A DNA stretch of 50,032 bases. Source: Ilumatobacteraceae bacterium (lineage in GTDB: Bacteria > Actinomycetota > Acidimicrobiia > Acidimicrobiales > Ilumatobacteraceae). Each line of letters starts with the position of its first letter. Positions within the stretch are counted from its first letter, which is position 1. The stretch covers positions 1-50,032 of the forward strand of contig JALRDI010000147.1 in the NCBI GenBank assembly GCA_023257035.1, read 5' to 3'. The notes below the pieces were generated by a model. The model was not told the origin of the DNA, searched no databases, and worked only from the letters and a program-made list of their open reading frames with translations. Made by a program: the position numbers and the translations under genes. Shown piece after piece: positions 9,227 to 20,952 of this stretch.

Positions 9227-10261
9227 ATGCGAGTTGGTGTGAGCACGTTGATTCAGTCACCTGACGATGTCGAGTTTGTTGTCGAGTGTGAACGTCTCGG
9301 TGTTGACACGATCTGGGTCCCTGAAGTGTGGGGCTATGACGCAATGACGCCGCTTGGTCTGCTTGCGGCAAAGACCTCGACCATTCGACTTGCGACCGGC
9401 ATCGTGCAGTTAGGCGCACGTACTCCAGCGATGTTGGCGATGCAATCGATGTCGTTGCAGATGCTCTCGGGTGGTCGTTTCGTGCTCGGGGTTGGGTCGA
9501 GTGGCCCTCGCATCATGGAAGGCTGGCATGGCGTTCCGTTTGCGAAGCCAGTGCAACTCACGCGCGAGACCATCGACATCATCAGGATGATCGCTCGAGG
9601 TGACCGCCTCGAATATGAGGGTGAACTCTTCCAACTCCCACCTGAAGGGTTTGGACGAAGCATTCGTTCGCTGGCTCCTGCGTGCGAACCGATCCCGATG
9701 TACATCGCATCGCTCGGGCCGCGAAATCTCGAACTCACTGGAGAGATCGCTGATGGGTGGCTCGGCAACGCGATGATGCCCGAGGCTTCCGAGGCATTCA
9801 TGGAGCCATTACGAGCAGGCTGTGAACGAGGTGGACGTTCGTTGAGCGACCTTGATCTTGTGATGCCTGTTACTGTCGAGTTCACCGACGATGTTGAAGA
9901 GGCATCTCGTCGACATGCCGACGGATATGCGTTCACGATTGGTGCGATGGGGGCACCCGGGAAGAACTTTTACAACCGAGCCTTCGCGGCGCAGGGCTTT
10001 GGTGATGATGTTGCAGCAGTAGCCGAACTATGGCACGCCGGAAAGCGTGACGAGGCTGCAGCGCGGGTGCCGATCGACATCGGGTTCAAGACCAATCTGC
10101 TCGGACCTGCCGAGACGATCAAAGAGCGACTTCGTCTCTATCAAAGTGTGGGCATCACGTCGATGCAAGCAAAGGTGTCGGGCCCAAATCGAATCGACAT
10201 TGTTGCCCAACTCATGGATGTCATCGGCGAACTCAATGCTGAACCGAGCGAGATGAAATGA
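9227..10261 (+). CDS. LLM-class (luciferase-like) F420/flavin-dependent oxidoreductase
   Basis: MRVGVSTL...LGVDTIWVPEVWGYDAMTPLGLLAAKTSTIRLATGIVQL..RTPAMLAMQ..SLQMLSGGRFVLGVGSSGP is a classic LLM TIM-barrel N-terminus. ATG 9227 is preferred over ORF start 9176. Confidence 0.8.
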   Translation: MRVGVSTLIQSPDDVEFVVECERLGVDTIWVPEVWGYDAMTPLGLLAAKTSTIRLATGIVQLGARTPAMLAMQSMSLQMLSGGRFVLGVGSSGPRIMEGWHGVPFAKPVQLTRETIDIIRMIARGDRLEYEGELFQLPPEGFGRSIRSLAPACEPIPMYIASLGPRNLELTGEIADGWLGNAMMPEASEAFMEPLRAGCERGGRSLSDLDLVMPVTVEFTDDVEEASRRHADGYAFTIGAMGAPGKNFYNRAFAAQGFGDDVAAVAELWHAGKRDEAAARVPIDIGFKTNLLGPAETIKERLRLYQSVGITSMQAKVSGPNRIDIVAQLMDVIGELNAEPSEMK

Positions 10262-10285
10262 CGTTCACCTGACAGACTGTCGAAC

Positions 10286-11467
10286 GTGAATCACAACTTG
10301 TCGCAGGGGCGTGAAGTCGTCGCTATTCCGGGGCCGAGCATCATCCCTGACCGTGTGCTGTCGGCGATGCACCGAGCGATGCCCGACATTTATGAAGGTG
10401 ATCTCACCACGGTGATTGACGCAGTGTGGGATGCGCTGCCGGGAGTAGTGCAAACTGCCGGCCGGGTCTTCGTTCCGATTGGTAACGGTCATGCCTCGTG
10501 GGAAATGGCGCTGTCAAACACGTTGTCTCGTGGCGACCATGTACTCGTATTGAACTGCGGCCGGTTTGCCGCGATCTGGGCTGAGATGGCCGAGTTCAAC
10601 GGCCTGAACGTCGAGGTGATGGAAGCCCAAGAGGGCTTTGCCAATGAGCCAGCTGCTCTTGAAGAGCGCCTTCGTGCTGATGTGAACCACGAGATTGCTG
10701 CAGTGCTCACCGTGCACGTTGATACTGCGACCTCGGTGCGCAATGACGTGCCGGCACTTCGCAAGGCGATCGATGCTGCGGGTCACCCGGCGCTATTCAT
10801 GGTCGATTGCATTGCGTCAATGGGTTGCGAGCGATTCGAAATGGATGCCTGGGGTGTTGACGTCACGATCGCGGCGAGCCAAAAGGGAATGATGACCCCT
10901 CCAGGGTTAGGCCTCGTGTGGGCAAATGACAAAGCGCTTGCCGCCCATGAGCACGCAAACTTGCGAACCCGATATTGGGACTGGACATATCGCAGTGAAG
11001 ATGGGCCGTATTACCTGCGGTTCTGCGGTACCCCGCCGGTGTCACACCTCTTTGGATTGGGCGAGGCGCTGGCAATGATGGCCGAAGAGGGTTGGGAAGC
11101 TCGCTGGAATCGGCATCGCGTCATTGCTGATGGTGTTCGAGCCGCAATCGACGCATGGTCGACACCGGGTGGCATCGGGTTCATTGCCCAGCGTGAAGAT
11201 CAACGTTCACATTCGGTGACGTCGGTGACAACAGGTTCAGTTGACGCAATTGAGTTGCGCAGGATCTGCCGTGAGCAGATGGGCGTCACTCTCGGTCTTG
11301 GAATTGGCAACGATGAATCAGCATCGTTCCGCATCGGGCACATGGGTCATGTCAACGCCCCAACAATTCTTGGTGTGCTCGGGGCGATTGAGACAGCGCT
11401 TACCTCGATGGGGGCGCCGATGGGTGCCTCTGGGGTGCAGGCCGCTGCCGCGCAACTCGCGGAGTAA
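10286..11467 (+). CDS. class V pyridoxal-phosphate aminotransferase (serine/alanine-glyoxylate type)
   Basis: IPGPS N-terminus, the AASQKGMMTPPGLG PLP-lysine motif, and length about 390 aa. GTG start at 10286. Confidence 0.85.
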   Translation: MNHNLSQGREVVAIPGPSIIPDRVLSAMHRAMPDIYEGDLTTVIDAVWDALPGVVQTAGRVFVPIGNGHASWEMALSNTLSRGDHVLVLNCGRFAAIWAEMAEFNGLNVEVMEAQEGFANEPAALEERLRADVNHEIAAVLTVHVDTATSVRNDVPALRKAIDAAGHPALFMVDCIASMGCERFEMDAWGVDVTIAASQKGMMTPPGLGLVWANDKALAAHEHANLRTRYWDWTYRSEDGPYYLRFCGTPPVSHLFGLGEALAMMAEEGWEARWNRHRVIADGVRAAIDAWSTPGGIGFIAQREDQRSHSVTSVTTGSVDAIELRRICREQMGVTLGLGIGNDESASFRIGHMGHVNAPTILGVLGAIETALTSMGAPMGASGVQAAAAQLAE

Positions 11468-11543
11468 TTCAAGCCATTTGACCAGGAGCATCGCATTCGG
11501 GCTCGACGACTCGTCGAGTTCTCAACCGAGTTAGCGTTCAACC

Positions 11544-11924
11544 GTGGGTTTCTTTCAGTGGGTGTTCGGTCGGCACGAGCCGCGTCCGCCCGATGCTGAC
11601 AAGTCAATTGAAGCGGCGTGGTTGCCGCTGTGGCAAGCCCAACTGGTGTTGCACGAACTATGGGAGCGCGACATACCGGCCGTGCAGTCAGAAGATTTCA
11701 CTTCTCATTTGAGGTTTGGTTCGCGGGAGCCGATGGCGCGCATCTTTGTGATGGAACCGAGGCTGGCCGATGCACTTGATGTCATTACGTCGGTCATCGG
11801 GGAAGAACCAGCAACCTTGCATGGCCATGATTGGCCGGGGTGGATTCGTCACCAGGATCAATCGTCATTATCTGAAGAGTCTGAATATGACGCCGAGGCC
11901 TCAACAGAAGGAGAACAGCAATGA
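11544..11924 (+). CDS. hypothetical protein with acidic C-terminal tail
   Basis: 126-aa ORF with GTG start. Its stop overlaps the next start (ATGA at 11921-11924). No recognisable motif. Confidence 0.45.
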   Translation: MGFFQWVFGRHEPRPPDADKSIEAAWLPLWQAQLVLHELWERDIPAVQSEDFTSHLRFGSREPMARIFVMEPRLADALDVITSVIGEEPATLHGHDWPGWIRHQDQSSLSEESEYDAEASTEGEQQ

Positions 11925-12313
11925 GTTCCCCTCGACCGCGATTAGCAATCGGTCTCGGTGCTGGCATCGGTGCTGCCGGCGTGATGCACTTTGTTCGACC
12001 GGAGTTCTTCGATGCGATTGTGCCGCCGTGGTTGCCGCCGTCTCAACGATTCTGGACGTTGCTCAGCGGTGTTGCCGAGTTTGTGGTTGGCGTCATGTTG
12101 TTCGTGCCGCGCTGGCGACGCACGGGTGCGATGGCTCTTCTCGTGTTACTCATTGCGGTCTACCCAGCAAATCTCTACATGACCTGGGACTGGCGTGATC
12201 GCTCGGCGGGGGAGCGAGTCGTGTCGTGGGCGCGCCTGCCACTTCAGTTTGTGTTGTTTGCACTAGCGCGAATGGCAAGTGGCCCGTGGCGATCTCGTCC
12301 AACCTCGAGCTGA
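11921..12313 (+). CDS. small DoxX-like integral membrane protein
   Basis: 130 aa with 3-4 hydrophobic helices (GAGIGAAGVMHFVRPEFF..., LLSGVAEFVVGVMLFVP, AMALLVLLIAVYPANLYM). Translationally coupled to the upstream ORF. Confidence 0.6.
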   Translation: MSSPRPRLAIGLGAGIGAAGVMHFVRPEFFDAIVPPWLPPSQRFWTLLSGVAEFVVGVMLFVPRWRRTGAMALLVLLIAVYPANLYMTWDWRDRSAGERVVSWARLPLQFVLFALARMASGPWRSRPTSS

Positions 12314-12328
12314 CGGAGAGCAGGCCGC

Positions 12329-13114
12329 CTAGAGCGACAACAAAAATTCTCTGATCGCTGTGTTGACTTGATCGGGGTGAGTCATGTTCGGTGCGTGGGC
12401 GGCGCCCGGCACTTCGACGACGCCTCGGCTGTCTTGCACACCATTTGCCAGTAGGTAGCCGCGGTCGAGAGCGATCGCTGCGTCGTCTTTTCCGTGCACG
12501 ACAAGGGTTGGGCACGAGATCTCGCCGAGGCGGTCGACGAGATCTTCACGTCCGAGCAACGTTGCGCCCGCCAACGCCACTTGTTCCCGGTCGAGTTTCT
12601 CCCAGATTGGTTTCCAGTCGGCCTCGAGCCGTTCGTCGCCGAGAATCATCTTCGCAACGATGTCGAACACGAGTGACCGTTTCTCGCCGTCGCCGTTCGC
12701 AAAGACGTGCACCATTTTCTTGTTGCCTTCGATGGTGTCGGGGTCATCGAGGTCGGCTGCAGAGTCGATGAAGATCAAGCCTGCTACCCGCTCGGGGGCG
12801 GTGAGAGCGGCCCGCATCGAAAGGAAACCGCCCTGTGACATTCCAGCAAGAACTGCACGTTCGATACCGAGATGGTCGAGCAGGCCGAGGGCGTCGTTTG
12901 CAGAATCCCAGTAGGTGAATGGTCCGGTTGCGCGGGTTCCACCAAAGCCACGCTCGTCCCATGCGATACAGCGATAGTCGGGAGCGAGCGCCTCAAGTTG
13001 GGCGTCAAACATGGTGTGGTTCATCATGAACCCATGGCTGAAGAGCACGGCGGGGCCGTCACCGCCGGTGTCGCGGTAGTTGATCTCAATGCCATTGATC
13101 GATGCTGTTGCCAT
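12329..13114 (-). CDS. alpha/beta-fold hydrolase
   Basis: HGF oxyanion motif (VLFSHGFMMN), nucleophile elbow GMSQGG, and a C-terminal GAAHAPNMTHP catalytic His region. Confidence 0.85.
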   Translation of the reverse strand: MATASINGIEINYRDTGGDGPAVLFSHGFMMNHTMFDAQLEALAPDYRCIAWDERGFGGTRATGPFTYWDSANDALGLLDHLGIERAVLAGMSQGGFLSMRAALTAPERVAGLIFIDSAADLDDPDTIEGNKKMVHVFANGDGEKRSLVFDIVAKMILGDERLEADWKPIWEKLDREQVALAGATLLGREDLVDRLGEISCPTLVVHGKDDAAIALDRGYLLANGVQDSRGVVEVPGAAHAPNMTHPDQVNTAIREFLLSL

Positions 13115-13173
13115 GAACCGAACGTAGTTTCTGACGACCTGCCGGCCGATAGCCGGGAACTACCGTGGTCGTA

Positions 13174-13866
13174 ATGCCAATTGCGCAAGGAACACTCATT
13201 GCTGTGTCAAGCGGCCGAAAGGGCCTCATCTCACATGGTTCGAGAACGATCGAGACCGCGTTTGTGAAAACGCCAATCGATGGGCCTGTCAAGATCTCAC
13301 CGCTCGGTATCGAAGGTGACGAGCATGTGTATGAGCATCACGGCGGGCCTGACATGGCGCTGTTGCTGTATCCGTCAGAGCACTACTCGTATTGGCGTGA
13401 GCTCGGTCTTCAACTTCCTGCTGTCGCCGCGATGGCTGAGAATCTCACGACCGAGGGAGTGAAAGAAACCGATGTAGCGATCGGCGATTTCATCGCGATC
13501 GGGTCTGCGGTGCTTCAGGTCGCACAACCGCGAAGCCCTTGTTACAAGTTGGCGGCACGTTTCGCTCGAAAATCTTTGCCCGTCGAGATGCAGACGACGG
13601 GATACACCGGATATCTCGTGCGGGTGATCGAGCCGGGGGTATGTGAAGCGGGCGATGCTCTGACACTTGAGGCCGGTACTGCTGCCGATCGAATCTCGAT
13701 TGCTGACGCCGGTCGGATCCTCAACGTCGATCGGCACGATGTCGAAGGTGCACAGCGATTGTTGTCAGTTGCTGAACTAGGAGAAACTGTCCGAAACACG
13801 TTGACAGCGCGTGTCGCCGCTGGCGGGCAACGCGGTGAAGACGTTGACCGCCTCTACCTCGACTAG
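13174..13866 (+). CDS. MOSC domain-containing protein
   Basis: Conserved MOSC cysteine motif QPRSPCYKL and GYTGYLVRVIEPG. ATG 13174 preferred; GTG 13165 also possible. Confidence 0.8.
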   Translation: MPIAQGTLIAVSSGRKGLISHGSRTIETAFVKTPIDGPVKISPLGIEGDEHVYEHHGGPDMALLLYPSEHYSYWRELGLQLPAVAAMAENLTTEGVKETDVAIGDFIAIGSAVLQVAQPRSPCYKLAARFARKSLPVEMQTTGYTGYLVRVIEPGVCEAGDALTLEAGTAADRISIADAGRILNVDRHDVEGAQRLLSVAELGETVRNTLTARVAAGGQRGEDVDRLYLD

Positions 13867-13883
13867 TTCTCAGTGGTTGCCGG

Positions 13884-14066
13884 CTAGTCGCAGCACGAGT
13901 CGCGCCACCCACAGCCACGGCATTTGAAGTGGGCATGCTCTGGGTGGAGTTCTGAACCGCACAGCGGGCACTCAGGGAAGGTCCCAAATTTGGTTCGGCA
14001 TTCCGTTACCGCACTCTCGCTCTGCTGCTGAGAAGGGGACCCTAGTGTGCGGGTTTCGCTTGCCAT
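13884..14066 (-). CDS. small Cys-rich zinc-ribbon-like protein
   Basis: 60-62 aa ending ECPLCGSELHPEHAHFKCRGCGWRDSCCD (CPxC...CxxC plus a terminal CC). ATG 14066 or GTG 14072. No clear SD. Confidence 0.45.
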   Translation of the reverse strand: MASETRTLGSPSQQQSESAVTECRTKFGTFPECPLCGSELHPEHAHFKCRGCGWRDSCCD

Positions 14067-14137
14067 CAACACAGGCTGGCACGGCAGACCGTTGCGATAT
14101 GGGATTTCTTCCGAATTCGGGTGTTAGCCGTCGTCTG

Positions 14138-17230
<3,093 letters not shown>

Positions 17231-17256
17231 TCAGAAAGAGCGATTCGAGACGGCGA

Positions 17257-18432
17257 TCAGACGAGGGGAGTGCCGGGGTCAAGACCGAGGCGCGTCCGGC
17301 CGTACATCTGGGCGTTGCCATCGAAGTCAACGATGGCGTGGTGGCACGCGGTGTTGACATCGCGATAGCGACTTTGCAAGATGCTGTCGTCGTAAATGCC
17401 GTGGGCTCCGGCTGAAGCAAACACCCGATCGGTGGCGCGCCGGGCTAACTCAACTGCGTAGGTGGCATGCCACTTGAGTTCTGCTCGTTCATCAATCGTG
17501 AGTCGGGTGCCGGTGTGGGCAACCTCATCGCATCGATCGGCGGCAGCCCTGATGAGGTGGCGTGCAAGGTCAAGCTCAGTTGTTGATTCTGCTACTCGCA
17601 TCTGAGCGCCAGGGTTCTCGGCTTTTGAGGATCCGGTGTACACCTCGCGGCGTGCTGAGGTGCGTTCGATGTGAAGGGCTAATGCTCCATCGGCAATGCC
17701 AATGACCGCAGCGGCAAGTTGCACCGACAAGCAAGGCAGCACTGGTAAACGATTGAAGAAGGTTTCGCCCCCTTCGCCATGTGGGCTTTCGCCATCAAAG
17801 AGCAGTTTGGTTGGCACTGATCGATGTTCGGGAACAAAGACGTCTTCGGCGACGAGGTCCTTTGAACCAGTGCCCCGGAGTCCGAGAGTGAACCATGTGT
17901 CGTCGACCACCAGATCTGCCTTGGGAACGATCACGTGGAGTAGCCGCGTTGCGCTTTCGGGCAGTGTGTCGGCGATTGCGCCGATGAGAAGCCAATCGCC
18001 ATGATCGACACCAGAGGCGAACTGCCAACGACCGTTGAGGTGCCAACCTCCGTCGACTCTTGTTGCTTTGCCCTGAGAGGCAAGCGTTCCTGGAAGACAG
18101 ATGTCAGCATCCTCATCGAATACTTCGTGTTGGCATTGTTCGGGGAAATTGCCGACCATCCAAGTGTGGGCATTAGAGACCATCTGCACCCATCCGGCGG
18201 CTGGGTCCGCCGCAGCGGTTACGAACAACGAATCGACCTGGGCTCGTAACCCGGCCTCGGACCCACCGAGTGAAGCAGGAGTCAGGATTCTCCAAAGCCC
18301 GGCCTCTGCCATTGCTCGCACAGATTGAGGAGCAAGGTGGCGAAGCCGTTCTGATTCTTCGGCGTGAGCGCGCAATGTTTCGGCGATCGAACGGGCGGCA
18401 TCTTCCGCCTTGGAGATGGTCGACGGCGACAT
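17257..18432 (-). CDS. acyl-CoA dehydrogenase-fold flavin-dependent monooxygenase/dehydrogenase
   Basis: 391 aa. GGWHLNGRWQFASGVDHGDW and the overall pattern are typical of HsaA/DszC-like ACAD-fold proteins. Confidence 0.75.
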   Translation of the reverse strand: MSPSTISKAEDAARSIAETLRAHAEESERLRHLAPQSVRAMAEAGLWRILTPASLGGSEAGLRAQVDSLFVTAAADPAAGWVQMVSNAHTWMVGNFPEQCQHEVFDEDADICLPGTLASQGKATRVDGGWHLNGRWQFASGVDHGDWLLIGAIADTLPESATRLLHVIVPKADLVVDDTWFTLGLRGTGSKDLVAEDVFVPEHRSVPTKLLFDGESPHGEGGETFFNRLPVLPCLSVQLAAAVIGIADGALALHIERTSARREVYTGSSKAENPGAQMRVAESTTELDLARHLIRAAADRCDEVAHTGTRLTIDERAELKWHATYAVELARRATDRVFASAGAHGIYDDSILQSRYRDVNTACHHAIVDFDGNAQMYGRTRLGLDPGTPLV

Positions 18433-18590
18433 GTTTCGAAACTAACAAATACACCAACCGGAGAATTTGCTGAAATGACGTTGTCCGGTTGCTTGTCGCT
18501 CTTCAGGCCCTTAACTTTCCCCGCTAACCTCAAGGGCCGATAGATCGAGGCGGACCGAACGAATTTCGGACCACGTTTCGGACCATCCCC

Positions 18591-18666
18591 GCCCCCGTAG
18601 CTCAGTGGATAGAGCAACGGTTTCCTAAACCGCAGGTCGCAGGTTCGAGTCCTGCCGGGGGCGCCA
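18591..18666 (+). tRNA. tRNA-Arg (anticodon CCT)
   Basis: Hand-folded cloverleaf. Acceptor GCCCCCG/CGGGGGC, D arm GCTC-AGTGGATA-GAGC, anticodon arm ACGGT-TTCCTAA-ACCGC (one A-C mismatch at the top), T arm GCAGG-TTCGAGT-CCTGC, discriminator G and encoded CCA. 76 nt. Confidence 0.9.
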
Positions 18667-18847
18667 AATGAAATCCAGTGTTCATCGTGAGTTCCGCTGC
18701 TTGCCAGCGGGTGCCTACGCGTCACTGCCACAGCGGACGGGGCGCCCGCAACAATTTCTGATCAACGCCTCCAAGTTGCCTTGTGACGCTTCGGATAATC
18801 GAACTGGACGCCTGCGGCTCGCATGGCAAGTTTTCAGCTCGAGTGGG

Positions 18848-19876
18848 TCAAGGCGCCGAAGCGCGGACGACGAGTTCTACCGGCAGTCGCCGTGACGGCA
18901 CCGATCCCTCCTCAACCAAAGTTCGAATCATGTCGACTGCGACGCGTCCGAGTTGGTCGCGGTCGATGCGGACGGACGTAAGCATTGGGGTCATCGCCTG
19001 GCACATCTCGATGTCGTCAAAGCCTACGATGGCGAGGTCGTCGGGGACCGAGATGCCGCGATCGAGGGCGCGCTGCAAGGCTCCGATAGCAATGAGGTCG
19101 TTGTAGGCGAAAAGCGCATCAGGCGGGTTGGGCTGCGCCAACGCCTCATCTAAGCCGACGCGTCCCCCTTCAAGGCTGTTGTCGACATCGATGATCAGGT
19201 GCTGATCGGGGCCAAACCCTTTCGTTTCAAGTGCGTTGCGGTAGCCGAGTTCACGGCGTGCAGGTCGAGGGGCGTTTCTGGCGTCGCGGTCTAGGAGGGC
19301 GGCAACTCGTTTCCGTCCACTACGGAGTAGGTGGTTGACTGCCATCTCGGCACCTGCTTGGATCTCGGCTGACACGCTGCTGATTCGGACTCCTTGGACA
19401 TCGTCGTTCACGATGATGATCGGCATTTCCTTGGCGGCGAAGTCGACGAGATCGCCGACGGCGTGGGCGGCAGGGAACACGATTGCTCCTTCCACGCCGT
19501 GTCCGACCATCGACTTCAGAGCGCTTAGTTGCCGCACGCGGTCACCGCCGGTGCTTGCCAGGAACATTGTTCTGCCGAGGTCGCTCGCGGCCCGTTCGAC
19601 GCCGTCTGCGAACTCGGGGAAAAACGGGTCAAGCATGGCGATGCTCACGAGCCCAATCGTGTCGCTCCGCCGCTTGCTCAGTCCCCGTGCCATCAGGTTG
19701 GGGCGGTAGCCGAGTTCATCGATTGCGGCAAGGATCCGATCTCGGGTCTCGGCGGTGCAACCGCCTTGGTTATTGACGACGCGCGACACGGTTCGCGCGG
19801 ACACCCCGACGTGTTCTGCGACGTCGGCGAGCGTCGCATTCTCCGGTGGTGTTCGCCCGTTCGTGTTTGTCGCCAT
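18848..19876 (-). CDS. LacI/GalR-family transcriptional regulator
   Basis: N-terminal HTH ATLADVAEHVGVSARTVSRVVNN followed by the hinge YRPNLMARGL and a periplasmic-binding-protein-like sugar-binding core. Confidence 0.9.
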   Translation of the reverse strand: MATNTNGRTPPENATLADVAEHVGVSARTVSRVVNNQGGCTAETRDRILAAIDELGYRPNLMARGLSKRRSDTIGLVSIAMLDPFFPEFADGVERAASDLGRTMFLASTGGDRVRQLSALKSMVGHGVEGAIVFPAAHAVGDLVDFAAKEMPIIIVNDDVQGVRISSVSAEIQAGAEMAVNHLLRSGRKRVAALLDRDARNAPRPARRELGYRNALETKGFGPDQHLIIDVDNSLEGGRVGLDEALAQPNPPDALFAYNDLIAIGALQRALDRGISVPDDLAIVGFDDIEMCQAMTPMLTSVRIDRDQLGRVAVDMIRTLVEEGSVPSRRLPVELVVRASAP

Positions 19877-19972
19877 TCCTAGATTCTGCCTTGATTGCTG
19901 TCGGGCGCGTGTGATCCGCCGATTTTGGAGACGGCTTAATCGGTCTTGACGAAACAGATAACTCTGACTACC

Positions 19973-20006
19973 GTTACGTCAGCGCTGACGTCAGCGCTGA
20001 CGTAAC
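19973..20006. promoter_or_regulatory. tandem overlapping LacI-type operator (perfect 34-bp palindrome)
   Basis: GTTACGTCAGCGCTGACGTCAGCGCTGACGTAAC equals its own reverse complement. It lies in the 154-bp divergent region between the LacI gene and the first ABC permease, 8 nt upstream of the permease SD GGAGGGAGG. Confidence 0.7.
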
Positions 20007-20030
20007 TAGCTGTTGGAGGGAGGTGCAGCG

Positions 20031-20942
20031 ATGGCCGTCACAGCGGAAACGATCCGGGTGAAACAAAAATGGGACAAGCGACAGATCGGCGTTGCTGCGC
20101 TGTTCCTTGCACCAGCGATGCTCGGTTTCGTCGTATTTTATTTGCGCCCCACCGTCATTGGTTTTTCGAACAGTTTCACCGACAAGGAACTGCTGCGACC
20201 GAAGTCCGAGTTCGTCGGCGTCGAGAACTACCGGGAGATGTTCCAGGACGATGTCTTCTGGAATGCCCTTTGGGTAACGCTTAAGTACGTTGTGATCAAT
20301 ATCGGCGTGCAAACCGTGTTCGCCATCGTCATTGCGTGGATCCTTGACCGGCTCTCGGGCTCGCGGGTACTCCGGACACTCTTCCTGACGCCTTGGTTGA
20401 TGTCGAACGTGGTGGTCGCCCTGCTGTTTCTCTGGATCCTCGACTTCCGGCTCGGCGTGATGAACAGCTTTCTCAACTCGATCGGCCTGCCATCACAACC
20501 GTTCTTTAGTTCACAGGAGTGGGCTATCCCCACGGTTGCGTTCATCAACGTCTGGCGCCACATGGGGTACACAGCGCTCTTGTTGTTCGCCGGTATCCAG
20601 ACCATCCCGAAGTCTGTGAAGGAAGCCGCGCTCGTGGACGGATGTGGTGAGATCCAGCGGTTCTTCAAGGTCACGCTGCCGCTCCTACGACCCGTTTTCG
20701 CGGTGGTGCTCGTCATTACCGTCATCGGCTCGTTCCAGATCTACGACACCATCGATGTTACAACCGAAGGTGGACCGGTGAACGCCAGCCGAGTGATCTA
20801 TGTCTACATCTTCGACCAGGCATTCGCCCGACGGAATTTTGGGTACGCCTCGGCGATGGCAGTCGCCCTGTTCGTGATCCTCGCCGCAGTCACCGTGATG
20901 CAGATGCGCCTGCTTCGAGCCAACGAGTCGGACTTAGCTTGA
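20031..20942 (+). CDS. carbohydrate ABC transporter permease (CUT1, MalF-like)
   Basis: Six TM segments and the EAA-loop region VKEAALVDGCGEIQRFFKVTLPLLRP. ATG 20031 sits behind a GGAGGGAGG SD. Confidence 0.9.
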   Translation: MAVTAETIRVKQKWDKRQIGVAALFLAPAMLGFVVFYLRPTVIGFSNSFTDKELLRPKSEFVGVENYREMFQDDVFWNALWVTLKYVVINIGVQTVFAIVIAWILDRLSGSRVLRTLFLTPWLMSNVVVALLFLWILDFRLGVMNSFLNSIGLPSQPFFSSQEWAIPTVAFINVWRHMGYTALLLFAGIQTIPKSVKEAALVDGCGEIQRFFKVTLPLLRPVFAVVLVITVIGSFQIYDTIDVTTEGGPVNASRVIYVYIFDQAFARRNFGYASAMAVALFVILAAVTVMQMRLLRANESDLA

Positions 20943-20952
20943 AGAGGCAGCC

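Noticed and set aside
18564-18585. Direct repeat TTTCGGACCA x2 (18564-18573 and 18576-18585), plus a third CGGACC at 18551-18556, just upstream of the tRNA.
   Set aside because: It is very short and could arise by chance or belong to the tRNA leader or promoter. There is no second locus for comparison.
18667-18847. An integrase, attachment site or mobile element next to tRNA-Arg.
   Set aside because: There is no integrase or transposase ORF, and I found no repeat of the tRNA 3' end by eye. The island idea is retained only as a compositional and context hypothesis.
19973-20006. The GCGCTGACGTCA tandem repeat as a CRISPR or other repeat array.
   Set aside because: There are only about 2.5 contiguous 12-bp units with no spacers, and the element is fully palindromic and located in promoter regions. 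That fits an operator, not CRISPR.
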